A DNA stretch of 64,000 nt from Octopus sinensis (Eukaryota). Below, one piece after another: positions 37,271 through 49,625 of this stretch. The stretch covers positions 22,134,001 to 22,198,000 of the forward strand of contig NC_043018.1 of assembly GCF_006345805.1 (NCBI RefSeq), in the 5' to 3' direction. The stretch's first letter is position 1. Each line of letters begins with the position of its first letter. The notes beneath the pieces were generated by a model. The model was not told where the DNA came from and ran no database searches. It saw only the letters and a program-made list of their open reading frames with translations. The translations under genes were made by a program, and so were the position numbers.

Positions 37271-38485
37271 TTGAGTTGGCAACTAAGTTCCCGCCTTTTT
37301 TTTAAATTTAATTTTTTTAAAGGTTTAATAAAAAAAAATAACAGCTAATTAATCAATAATGTATTCACCCTTGTTGTTTACAACTTCTTCCCAACGTTCA
37401 ACAAGATTTTCAATACCTCGTTGGTAGAAATCACCCGATTTCGACTCGAAAAATTGATCCAACTAAATCTTAATTCTGCATCAGTATTGAACGAAACTCC
37501 GCGCATAGCATTTGAAAGAAATCGAAAGAAGTGGAAATTCGTTGGTGCCAAATCATGAGAGTACGGCAGCACTTCCCAGCCATACGTTTGAATGGCTTCC
37601 TTGGTCATATTGGCGATATGAGGGCGGACGTTGTGCAGCAGAAGAACTCCATGCTGACGATTAGGTCTTTTCTCTTGAATAGCCGTGTTGAGTCGTTCCA
37701 TCTGTTGAACATAGAGTTCCGCGTTGACAGTTTGGTTCTGTTCAAGCAATTCGTAATGGAAATTCCTTTCCCAGTCCCACCATACGCACAACATCGTTTT
37801 ACACGGATGAAGATCTTGTTTCACGCGCTGTGTCGCTTGTTTACCGGAGCTAAGCTATTCCTTACACTGCTTCATATTGATGTACAGGCACCATTTTTCG
37901 TCGCCAGTGACGATTCGGTAAAGAAATCGTTGCTTGTGTCCATGAGTTGAGCAGTGACGAGCAAGCAAATCAGCGGGAGACTGTAGCTCGTTGATTTTTG
38001 TTGTTGTCACTTAAAGCATGCGGAACCCATGCTCCACACTTCTGACCTTTCCCATCGAGTGAAGATGCTTCTCTATAGCAGTGTGGGAGCATTCTATTTT
38101 CTTTGCCAGTTCCCTTGTTGTTTGACGAAAATGTTCATGCAAAAGTCGGTTTAATCGCTCTTCATCGGACTCGACTGGACGGCCAGAACGAGGTGCGTCA
38201 TTGAGGTCAAAATGTCCATTTTTGAACTTGGCATACCAATAACGAGCGGTTCTTTCAGCTATGACACCCTCTCCATACATAGCACAAATGTCGCGAGCAG
38301 CTTTAGCGGCCTTAGAACCTTGATTTAAAGCAAAAAGAAGGTTCGAAAATGCTCGTTTTTCTTAACTTGACATTCCATTTTAATAATCTGAAAGTAAACA
38401 AAAATTAACTAAAATTAACTAGAAAAAAAAAGACAATAGATTCCTAAATTTATAAAAAACGGCGGGAACTTAGATGCCAACCCAA
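37271..38485 (-). mobile_element. Full-length decayed mariner (Tc1/mariner, DD34D) transposon
   Basis: 25-bp TIRs TTGAGTTGGCAACTAAGTTCCCGCC (37271-37295) and GGCGGGAACTTAGATGCCAACCCAA (38461-38485), with 2 mismatches, each flanked by TA (37269-70, 38486-87). Encloses transposase remnants. Confidence 0.95.
37349..38378 (-). pseudogene. Mariner transposase pseudogene
   Basis: ATG at 38378 gives MECQVKKNEHFR...RSGRPV...WVPHAL...IVTGDEKW...CVWWD...YSHDLAP...RGIENLVERWEEVVNNKGEYIID* (stop 37349-51). Contains frameshifts and an internal TAG. The second catalytic D is missing (LLHNVRPH instead of HDNARPH) and the third reads N (PTNF). Confidence 0.93.
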
Positions 38486-38648
38486 TATATTATACTATAT
38501 TATACTTTATTAGTGGCATGGCTCACTTAACAGTCACGTGATTTCGGCACCTTGGCCAAGTTATCTTCTACTGTAGCACCCCGAGTTGAAGAAGGCTTTG
38601 CAAATAAATTTGGCTAGCGTATATGTGTTGTGTGCGTGTATAGTATAG

Positions 38649-39208
38649 TATATATATATATATATATATATTGTGTGTGTGTGTGTTATGGTTGTCCTTC
38701 CATACTACCATTTTACAACCGGTACTAGTTTGTTTACATTCCTAGTTTACATTTCCGGTTTAGAAAAAGTGGTGGGTAAAAATAAACAGCACACTTAAAA
38801 ATATTGATGGATTTGTTCGAGTAAACCGTTTAATGCGTTGCCCCAGCATTGCCGCAGTCCAGTCTCTATAAACAATATCTTTGTCGATTGAAGATGGCTC
38901 AGCTGTCCTCATTTTGCTCATGCTGTGAACCTCTTCATAGCTGTCCATGAAGAGAGTAATTATGAAGCCAATTAAAGAAAACACGAAAGAAGCTGATATT
39001 ACGAAAGATGGAGAAGGTTATACTCTTTACTCGTTTCAGTCATTTGACTGCGGCCATGCTGGAGCACCGCCTTTAGTCGAGCAAATCGACCCCGGGTCTT
39101 ATTCTTTGTAAGCCCAGTACTTATTCTATCGGTCTCTTTTGCCGAACCGCTAAGTGACGGGGACATAAACACACCAGCATCGGTTGTCAAGCAATGCTAG
39201 GGAGACAG

Positions 39209-39261
<53 letters not shown>

Positions 39262-39795
39262 GTGTGTGTGTGTTATGGTTGTCCTTCCATACTACCATTT
39301 TACAACCGGTACTAGTTTGTTTACATTCCTAGTTTACATTTCCGGTTTAGAAAAAGTGGTGGGTAAAAATAAACAGCACACTTAAAAATATTGATGGATT
39401 TGTTCGAGTAAACCGTTTAATGCGTTGCCCCAGCATTGCCGCAGTCCAGTCTCTATAAACAATATCTTTGTCGATTGAAGATGGCTCAGCTGTCCTCATT
39501 TTGCTCATGCTGTGAACCTCTTCATAGCTGTCCATGAAGAGAGTAATTATGAAGCCAATTAAAGAAAACACGAAAGAAGCTGATATTACGAAAGATGGAG
39601 AAGGTTATACTCTTTACTCGTTTCAGTCATTTGACTGCGGCCATGCTGGAGCACCGCCTTTAGTCGAGCAAATCGACCCCGGGTCTTATTCTTTGTAAGC
39701 CCAGTACTTATTCTATCGGTCTCTTTTGCCGAACCGCTAAGTGACGGGGACATAAACACACCAGCATCGGTTGTCAAGCAATGCTAGGGAGACAG

Positions 39796-39848
<53 letters not shown>
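38649..39848. repeat. 587-bp tandem duplication bounded by (TA)n runs
   Basis: Anchors 38671/39258 and 39194/39781 are offset by 587; the copies look identical except for microsatellite length. Confidence 0.95.
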
Positions 39849-39849
<1 letters not shown>

Positions 39850-40012
39850 GGCAGGCTTCTTTCAGTTTCCGTCTACCAAATCCACTCACAAGGCATTGGT
39901 CGGCCCGGAGCTATAGCAGAAGACACTTGCCCAAGATGCCACGCAGTGGGACCGAACCCGGAACCATGTGGTTGGTTAGCAAGCTACTTACCACACAGCC
40001 ACTCCTGCGCCT
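39021..40012 (-). mobile_element. B-type SINE whose 3' half is carried twice by a tandem duplication
   Basis: 3' half at 39021-39215 and 39608-39802; 5' half at 39849-40012. Confidence 0.88.
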
Positions 40013-42938
40013 TATCTCTACAAAATTTAATAAAGAACCGTTCATCTATAGAATAAAAGTGAGAACAAAGATCTTAATCTAAAATTAGGGCAAGGGTTTG
40101 ACTTTTATCAGATTCCCCTTTATAGAAATCCCTTAATCTGATTTGATTATATTTCACATTAGAGTCTGTGGGATTAGTTAAATTGGGGTCTGTGAAATCG
40201 GAAACTTTAACGAGCAATTTACGCATCTTGCATTTAGTAGAAGTCGTCACTACAACCTTACTTGCTTCGTCTCTTGACGCCGGTTACCCCAATAACTGCT
40301 TCCGACTACTATTACATCAACTGTAGAGCCCTGTTTTCAAAGATGAGATTTTGGAGCATTCATGCATTTCCCCCTTATTTATATTTCAATTTTTAAATGA
40401 AACAATTTTGGTCTGGGAACGAAACTGTCGCGATTTCAACCAACCAACCAAGCAGTTATCTCGTATTCTATAGTGAATGGATTAGTGAATGCTAGTTGAT
40501 ATTAAGACTGAAAATTGTGGGGGGGGGGAGCCCGGTGGGGGGGGGGGCAAAGGATACAACTAATAACGTTTCCACTTTAATCTTTTATACACACACGACG
40601 GGTTTCTACACAGTCTCTGCCAACTAAATTCCCTTAAAGTACATTAGTTAGTCTGGGGTTATCGTAGAATCACTTGCCTAAGGTGCTGCGCAGTGAAACT
40701 GAACCCGAAAATACATGTGTACAAAGCCAGTATCTTAAACCACTCAGCCATGACTGCGTCTATGATGTTTTTTGTTTTTTTATTGTTGTTCCATATTCAA
40801 AATTTTTTCTCAACTGTATCTACCCCTAACCCCTGGAGGCCAAACGAACCACTAACCGTACAAACACGGTCGCTGCATTTATAGTATTTCACCCCCTCTG
40901 CTTTGTTTTTCTCACTATACATTTTCCAAGAATAACTCCTTCTTCTATAATTTCCTTATCTTCCGTCCGCACTTTTTTTTCTCCCGTTCCCGTTTTTTAA
41001 AAATTTTCCTGTAATTTCCTTTAGCTCCATGTCCGTTTCTCAAATGTTCCGCATCTCCGTTTTAAGACGAGAAGAACTTGCTTTTGTGAGGCCACTTCTT
41101 TTCGCGGTAACCCTTGACGTCCGTTTCCTTCCTTCGCACCACTCGTGGTGATCCCTGAACAGGGGTCATGGTTGTTGGTAGCATGCTGGCCCTCTTCCTT
41201 CGAGTAAAACAATGGAAATGTAGTGGGGAGAGACGCACTATACCTCCTTCGACGAAAGCGTACATTATCTAGAGGAAAAGGGTACATTACAATGTGTGCC
41301 CTTCTTTACATTTCTCCGATTATGTAGAACTGACCGAAAATAAAGTCTTTGATCGTCACTCCCACCCACTAATCTAAGTTTCGAAAAACTAAATCCTAGA
41401 AAACAAAATTTTCACTCACATCTCCATCTTGTATTTTCTAAACTTCTCAAAGTTCAAAATTTTAAATTTCCATCTTCGTTAAGAAGATGAAGTTGACTTA
41501 AAATAATGCTTTCTAATTTGAGCACAAGGCCAGCAATTTTGAACGGGAGAGATTGAGTCCGTTAGACTGCCCCCTTTCTCCCCAGCACTAGACAAGTACT
41601 TTATTTTATCGAATTTCCGGAAGGTGAAAAATCAAGCTTCTAATTCAGGTACAAGGTTAAAAATTCCAGGGGTATGGGTTAGTTGCCCCAGCACTTGACA
41701 GCTGCGTTATTTTACCGTACCCGTCAGAATGAAAGCAAGGTTGACCTCAGCGAAACTTGAAATCGGAACCTAAGTAGCCTGAAAAAAGATTCTTTCTAGC
41801 TCGCTGCCTTTGTTTAAAATTTTGACAGAAGTTCAGCAATTTTAGAAAGAGGAAAGTTAGTCGATTACATTAAATCAAGTTCTTTATTTTATCGACCTCG
41901 AAAGAGTAAAAGGCAAAGCTGACCTCGGCGGAGTTTGAACGCAGAACTTGAAGAACGGGGACAAATGGTGCAATCGGATTTTTTCCCAACGCTCTAACAA
42001 TTCTGTCAGTTCACCGCCATAAAATGCTTTAACGTAACTTTATTATTTTAACATTTAAAATTTTCATGTTGTAATTTTGTAGAACTAGCCAAAATGCTCA
42101 AAGATCAAACTTGTCAAATCATAAATAAGTATGCAAATAAACAAAGCAAAACTGTTTGAAGGTCACTGAATTTCTTGCGTGAAGCATCCGTTGGTTTTGA
42201 CGTCCACCTTTAAAAGCAGTCTCTCCATCTGTCTTTCCTTCATGTTTCTTCAGGACGAAAATATCCTAGTTCACAACAAAATACACATCTTGTGAAAATT
42301 AAGAAATTCCTGTTATTACCAGTTTCCTTTCGTATCAGCTATTCCAGCCAGATGTTTGGCACAGATCTTACACTGCTCTGACCTACATACGTGGGCGTAA
42401 TTTGGTATGTTAATGGACGCACAGGTAGCGTTAATGTGCAGTGTGTGGGTGGACTATTTAGCACTTACATACACTCTGATTGCAGTCACAGTTAATTATT
42501 TAACAATTTTCTGGTGTCTCCTGATATCTTGAATTAAAAACAAAATATTCAATTTACAATTAAAAGTATGTTTTTTTCTCTTTAATTTATTTTGCTTCAT
42601 TTTTCCTGGATGACTAATAATTATGTTGAGTTCATTGACGTTCAGAATACTTTCTCTAATTTATTTGAGGCCTTGAACTTTGGCGGTATTAACGCCTCCA
42701 CCTTGATCTATATCTAATCTGCTTTGGCAGTAAAACTAGAGAAAAGTTCTATCAAGTCGAGAAACTGACATGATTTCAATTTCCGGTTACATTTTACTAC
42801 TTCCGTTTCACCCCGAACATCCCCTGAACAGCAAAAAAAAAACAAAACGGAAGTTGAACAAGTGCCTTCTACTGTAAGTCCGGGTCGAGCAAAACCTTGC
42901 GAGCGTGTTTGTTAGACGGAAACTGAAAGAAGTCCGTC

Positions 42939-42999
<61 letters not shown>

Positions 43000-43371
43000 C
43001 TATGCGTTTGTGTTTGTTTGTCCCTCACTACCGCTTGACAACCAGTGTTGGTTTGTTTACGTCACCGTAACTTAGAAGTTCGGCGAAAGACACCGATAGA
43101 ATAAGTTTCTAGACTTAAAAAAAAAACGTACTTGAGTCGACTCATTCAAATAAAAATTCCTCATGGCGGTGCTCTAGCATGGCCGCAGTCTGACTGGAAA
43201 GGATTACAAATTTATATATGGCTCTGTGGTTGAGAAGCTCGCTTCACCTTCGGAGAGTGCCTTTAACTAATAACCTTTGTCTGACCAATGCCTTGTAAGT
43301 GAATTTGGCAGGCACAAAATGTGTGGAAACTTATCGTGTGTATGTGTCCTTCACTGAAGCGTTGAGTCTTT

Positions 43372-43828
43372 GACGGGATTCTGTTATACGCATCGCATAT
43401 AACCCATCATAACTCTTTTTTTATTTTTTGGGAATTCTCAGAAATGTTTGGCGAATTTGTGTTCTACACACGGGATTTCATAAGATTATGCTAAAACCAA
43501 AATAAAAAAAAAGGTTTTGCTGCGTGATTTAAGGGCTATTTAGCTGTTATTTTTAGCAGCTCATGGGCTACTCATACCCCCTTCATTTGTTTTTCAGTCG
43601 ATATCTTTGTCCCCATAAACACATTTAATGGTCTATTGCTGAGATTTAAATAAACATTTCGATTGTCTGTATTTTAATCTGTGATGGAAAAAAAAATTCA
43701 AAAATTTAACAAAAAATTTCGAAAAGTTTTTAAAAAGTAGAATATAATTCGCAAAAATTTTCTGAAAACTCCAAAAAATAAAAGAAGTTATGAGGGATTA
43801 TAGGCCGTGCATGAAACAGAATCCCGCC
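43372..43828. repeat. Long imperfect inverted repeat (foldback/MITE-like)
   Basis: Arms ~43372-43467 and ~43737-43828 (GACGGGATTCTGTT...CATAACTC..TTTTTTGG..TCAGAAA..GCGAATT..TTCTAC versus its reverse complement), roughly 75-80% identical. Confidence 0.7.
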
Positions 43829-45085
43829 TAGTCTTTGTAGAAAAACTGTGAAACTTCTAATCTCTATCAACGAACTATAAGAACTACTTTGCGACTTTTC
43901 GAGAACTTACCGGGTTCTATGTCTGCATTGAAACAATTTCATTTTACGACTGGTAAGAAACTCAGCGCAAATCCCCATCCCCGCCTTCAGGAAATGATTT
44001 TTTCCTTCATTTTAACCAAAAGGAACGAAGTACCTGATCGAATTTACGCTTGGACAATGAGAGCCACTGATCGTGAAAGTTTCCCGAACGAAGTCTAATA
44101 ATTTTGTAATATATCCGGAATTATCGTTCTTACTACTAAAGCTCCACTTCACTTCCTATAGCACTTTACACTAAATTAGCTTTAGTATATATTCCTGCTT
44201 CCGTTGTGTACAATTAATCATTTAAATAATGACCTCATCGCTAATGGTGTAATTTTAATCAATTAACTATTCTTGTTTTCTCTGCAACAAGTATCTTAAC
44301 AGCCACTTCATTTATAATTCATAGACGAGAGACAAAACAGAGATAAATGCACTGAGTCAGTCACTGCAATGTCTTGGTCGTTTCTTAATAAATACACAGC
44401 CTTCTATGTTTATATTACGCTTTCATATTTTACTCCAACTCTCTTGTAGAGTCAGCCATTTTGAGACAGTAAGTGTCCTCAAGTTTCAGGCTCATACACC
44501 TACTTCAAGTATTCTATAGATAGATGCTATGAAAACTGCTAACCACTTACTAGATGACTGACTTTTTGACGTTAACGTTGTGTTTGTTAGGTCAAGCTTT
44601 TGAACTATTCAAGTAGTCATCTGATTGATATAGTGTTTGGTTCACGTCTGAACAAATTTAGACAATAGCATTATGTGTGTGCGCGTGAGATAGATAGATA
44701 GATAGGTAGACAGAGAGGTAAACCGCAGATATAGAGATAGTTAGATGGATAGGTTGGTAGATAGAGCCATGTTGAAACAGAATTCCGCCGAGTCTTTGTA
44801 GAAAAACTGTGAAACTTCTAATCTCTATCAACGAACTATAAAAACTACTTTGCGACTTTTCGAGAACTTACCGGGTTCTATGTCTGCATTGAAACAATTT
44901 CATATCACGACTGGTAAGAAACTCAGCGCAAATCCCCATCCCATCCCAGCCTTCAGGAAATCATTTTTTCTTCTTTTTAACCAAAGGGAACGAAGTCATC
45001 ATCATCATCGTTTAACGTCCGTTTTCCGCGCTAGCACGGGTTGGACGGCAGTACCTGATCGAATTTACGCTTGGACAATGAGAGC
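43810..45085 (+). repeat. ~265-bp direct repeat pair (43810-44075 and 44770-45085)
   Basis: TGAAACAGAAT(C/T)CCGCC...TTGGACAATGAGAGCC present twice at ~90% identity; the second copy carries a 53-bp insertion. Confidence 0.9.
44997..45049 (-). mobile_element. 53-bp 5'-truncated LINE-type 3' end with (GAT)4 tail
   Basis: Minus strand GCCGTCCAACCCGTGCTAGCGCGGAAAACGGACGTTAAACGATGATGATGATG; AGT duplicated on both sides; the empty site is visible in the paralogous copy at 44029-44031. Confidence 0.75.
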
Positions 45086-45245
45086 CGAAGTGAATGACAA
45101 TTTCAAGGCGTTGGCCTGTGGGAAGAAGTTCGCTTCTCAACCATATGGTTCCAAGTACAGTGGCATCTTGGCAAATCTTATAGCTCCCAGTCTTGTGAGC
45201 GGATTTGGTAAACGGAAACTAGAAGGATCTCGTCATATATATATG

Positions 45246-45439
45246 ACGCCATGTTGATTCGCTAGCCTCTGCACGCATTTTTTTTTCCTTGTTTCTCTCT
45301 GTGTATCTTTCTGTTGAAGAGCGTAGGCTCGAAACGTAAAAGACTTGTTTTATTTATATTCCTGAGCGCCATACTAATACAATTGTTTGTTTGTATTCCA
45401 CCTGCCTTCGTCTTTTATTTATTTTCATAAAGCTTCCCG

Positions 45440-45440
<1 letters not shown>
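45246..45440 (+). mobile_element. Penelope-type repeat fragment with hammerhead-like motif (copy 2), inserted in the internal (TA)n of a B-type SINE
   Basis: TCTTT-CTGTTGA-A-GAGC-GTAG-GCTC-GAAA-CGT-A-AAAGA at 45306-45343; bounded on both sides by (TA)n; the host SINE halves continue on each side (~45100-45240, ~45470-45670). Confidence 0.6.
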
Positions 45441-45473
<33 letters not shown>

Positions 45474-46102
45474 TGGGGAGCGTTGTCCTCCCCCACCACT
45501 GCTTCACAACCGTTGATGGCTTGTTTACGTCCTCGTAACCTAGCGATTTGGCAAGAGACCGAATAGTAAGTATCAGACTTAAAAATAATTACAGGGGTCG
45601 ACCTGTTCGACTAAACCTGTCAAGGATGTGCCCCAACATGGCCGCAATTCAATAACTGAAACACATATAAAAGTTTAGTTTGGTGTAATTGGGGGTAATA
45701 TGATTTCTCTAAATTTTAGCCTCATGTCATTGGCAGATCACAGATCACGTGTTTTCAATCAAACTGCAACGAAGTTTTCGCTATTTTGAAGATGACAATG
45801 AAACAAGTGCTTCCGTCATGGTTGCTTCTGAGCGGCCAACGTCATGTGACAGGAAACACCTGAAACCAGTTTCTCTTTATGTAGTACGACGTAAACATTT
45901 ATAAACAGGTTTTCTGTAAGCATTTAGGTTTGTTTTTTTTTATTATCCTTTATACAGAAACATTTCTGCGAACTTGGTATAAATTTTATAGACTAGGGAT
46001 TCTCAACCAGTTTTTAGACTATAGACCCCTTTGACTTCCGTTTTACTCTTATGGGTTCCCATTCGATATTTAGAAACTAGTTTTATAGACACTTCTTTCG
46101 AA

Positions 46103-46462
46103 GCGCAGGAGTGGCTGTGTGGTAAGTAGCTTGCTTACCAACCACATGGTTCCGGGGTTCAGTCCACTGCGTGGTACCTTGGGCAAGTGTCTTCTACTAT
46201 AGCCTCGGGCCGACCAAAGCCTTGTGAATGGAATTGATAGACGGAAACTGAAAGAAGCCCGTCGTATATATATGTCTGTGGTCGTCCTCCAACATCGCTT
46301 GACAACCGATGCTGGTTTGTTTACATCTCCGTAACTTATCGTATCGTCATTTTTGCCGAACCGCTAAGTACTAGACTTACAAAGAATAAGTCCTGGGGTC
46401 GATTTGTTTCGACTAAAGGCGGTGCTCCAGCATGGCCGCAGTCAAATGACTGAGACAAATGA
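46103..46462 (+). mobile_element. B-type SINE
   Basis: Head to tail present. Further B copies or halves at ~5600-6125, 38510-38870, 40590-40760, 42860-43200, 45100-45670, 47410-47800, 49330-49440, 50770-51150, 58247-58410, 59680-60090, 61884-62200 and 63260-63730. Confidence 0.88.
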
Positions 46463-47053
46463 TAGGAAACATTTGCTTAAGGGGTCACGCTATGAAAAGC
46501 AAACTCCTTGCCACACAGCCACACAGTTCACCATCGGGTCAACAAAGTCGGAAAAATTTTCCTGATTTCTCGGCCATTCTATCTCTCTTTCCGACACTAT
46601 TTTTGCTTCGATCTCTTGTTTCATTATAGGTTATCGGTTTCTCATTATTTGTAGAAGCTGCAAATGAGATTCTTTAAGTGATTCCATCAGTAGAGATTTC
46701 ACAGAAAGTATAACCGTGTGAAGCGTGTTAACAGAAGCTCTGTTAACTTCATTATTGGGAAGATTTTATCAGTAAAATATGTTGGAAAGTGCAATTAAGG
46801 ATTTCATTTTATTTGTGTTTTATAAATTGTAGAACGGCTTAAGTTAATAAACTAATTTGCGTAGCATAATCCTCAACATTTGTTCTGATATCGTAATTAG
46901 AAAAGAAAAAAAAACAAAACATGAGGTAAGGGAAATAACTCAAGTGAACCAATGGCATTTGTTTGGATAAGTGGGAACCATTATGTACTGAAAGCCTTTA
47001 AAAAGCACTTTTCCTGTTGGTTGCAATTTCCTTCTTAATTTGAAGATGTTTAA

Positions 47054-47274
47054 CCCTTTAGTGTTCAGATTATTCTGTCAAATGTGATGTTTGTTTATTT
47101 GAAATGGTTTGAATTAATCGTGCATTATCTTGTAGTTTAGAGATTTCGGTGATGTGATTTTTTTAGTTTTAGAATGACATGGTAGGGCTGAGATGAAAGG
47201 TGAGATCTGGTCAGTTTCAATATATAACAGGTTAAATATTTTGGCCAGATATGGCCGGTTTGAATGCTAAAGGG
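47054..47274. mobile_element. piggyBac-like MITE (221 bp)
   Basis: TTAA TSD (47050-53, 47275-78); TIRs CCCTTTAGTGTTCAGA / TTTGAATGCTAAAGGG. Confidence 0.85.
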
Positions 47275-49574
47275 TTAACGGAGGTCAAAATACCACCACC
47301 ACTACTACTACTACTAATAATAATAATAAAGTCTGTAGATGTTTTCTTTGTCTACAAATAAAATTTAGACTTCCTCTTAAACGAATGAAGATATATAAAG
47401 GTCAATTATATGTTTTAGACTTTGGGCTGAGGTCATGCTGGGGCATCTCCTGAAGAGTTTACTCGATGAAATCAAGCCCAGCGTTTTATCTTTTAAAAGT
47501 CTGTTACTCATTCTTACGGTCTCTTTCGCTGTACCGCTAACCTAGGGGAATGTAAACAAACCGACGCCGGTTGTCAAGCGGTGGTACAAGGAACAAAAAC
47601 CTCAAAGAGAAACACATATAAAATAAATAAATACACACACACACGATAAGCTTTTACACAATTTCCGTCCACCAAATTCACTCATAAAGCACTGCTCAGC
47701 CTGTGGCTGTAGTAAAAGACATTTACTGAAAGTGCCACGCGATGAGACTGAACACGGAACCGTGTGCTTGGAAAGCAAACTTCTTACCACACAGCCATGC
47801 GTATCGCTAGGTCTTTATTTACTTTCCCGAGTGTTCATCTTTTAGTGAAAAAGGAAGGAAGCGCAGTGACCTTGACACTTTGCAAATATTCAAGACAGAC
47901 GGAAGGAAAGTTAGCTTCGAACCGGAGACTTCACTAGAATGCTTTGTAACTCGGCTGAAGGCGTCCAATTTGCCATGCACTGATATTAAAACCGGATGAT
48001 GGGATTTAATATACTGCTGAAAGACTAAGCCACAAGTTTCAATTTAATGAGGATTATCCGCTCACGTCGTTCCGTGGCTTATGTCTTAACTTAGATATAA
48101 GACCGCTTTGATTGATGCTTGTAATGTAGTGGAACATAAACTTCTCTTTGAGCGGTGGAAATGAAAAAAAAAAGGTTTCCCAAACAGAGATTCACCATCG
48201 TTGAAGTAAGCTTAGTTTACTTGTAATAAGATATTTTTACCTTGAAAAATATTTATTCTAAACGCCATTTTTAGCAAGCACCTCCCAAATTCCTTGTTTT
48301 TATGATGCCTAGCAGACACATTATACTCTCTGCTTCTCTGAAACTGTTTCTCTTCAAATTTGTAATGTTTTGTTAAATATAGGAGTGTCTCTCGTTTCAT
48401 GTTAGATTTGCTTTTCTCCTTTTTTTTTATTATTTTATGCAAAGATTTTTGCTTTTGTAAATTGTACCAATTCCTTATGAAAAATACCCAGGGACGTCAT
48501 CATCATAAAGCTAAAGCAGTTGTGTATACTAGAGAATATTTAACGACTAAAGATTTGAATGTGCGATAACATTCTGATTAAGGCATTAAACTATATCAGG
48601 TTTTGAGGGACTAGTCAGGGAATGTATGGGTTTTGGAGTAGAACCGTTCCCAGGCCCACTTTGAGCCAGGGTGGTAGCACTGTCAAGAGCACCAGTTATG
48701 GGTCAAATAGATTCTGGATTCGGAGGGTGAGAGAATGGTCCCTAAACATGTCACATAAACTAACGTGAACCAATCCCTTTACCTAAGGGTCAAATAGGTT
48801 CTGTACTCCAAAGCAAACTTAGAAGAGGGGGAGAATAGCAGAGCAGAGTAAACCGTAAATAACCCGGCAAGATACAACAGAAAACCGCTATTTTATCTTT
48901 CCTAGGAAAATTTATGGCGCTTCAGATTTTGTCATAGAGGACCATGATTACCGATGCCTGCAAAACAGGGAAAATACATTGGGGGGGGGGAGAAAGAAAG
49001 AAAGAGAGAGAGAGAGAAAGAAAGAGAGAGAAAGAGATACACATAGGGGGAGAGAGAGAAACGCACACACAGTAGAGAGAGATGTGAAAGGAAAACAATA
49101 TTTTCTTGGTGATTAATACCATTTTCACTAATCACTCTTGAATTTTCATTGTTTTGTTTTTATCGTTATTTGTTTTCTTCCATCCACAAACCACATCAAA
49201 TACAATTCATCTCTTTGAGGTCAACCATGTATATCTGGCGTAGCAATACACCAAACTGAGAAGTAGTTCGACGCTGTGTGGTGACAGAACAGTGTTCGAA
49301 CTATATTTTCTGTTTCTATGGTCTTACTATAGGCGCAGGAGTGGCTGTGTGGTAAGAAGCTTGCTTACCAACCACATGACTCCGAGTTCAGTCCCACTGC
49401 GTGGCATCTTGGGCAAGTGTCTTCTACTGTAGCCTCGGGCTTTATGATATTTGGCTCCAATCCACTCGGCTATAAATGCGTAACCTTGCGGTAGACTGAC
49501 GTTTCGATGATTCCAGTGAGTTATACGACACGGAGACCGATTAGCCAACCCTAAGATTTCAAAGAGTCAATACC

Positions 49575-49623
<49 letters not shown>

Positions 49624-49625
<2 letters not shown>

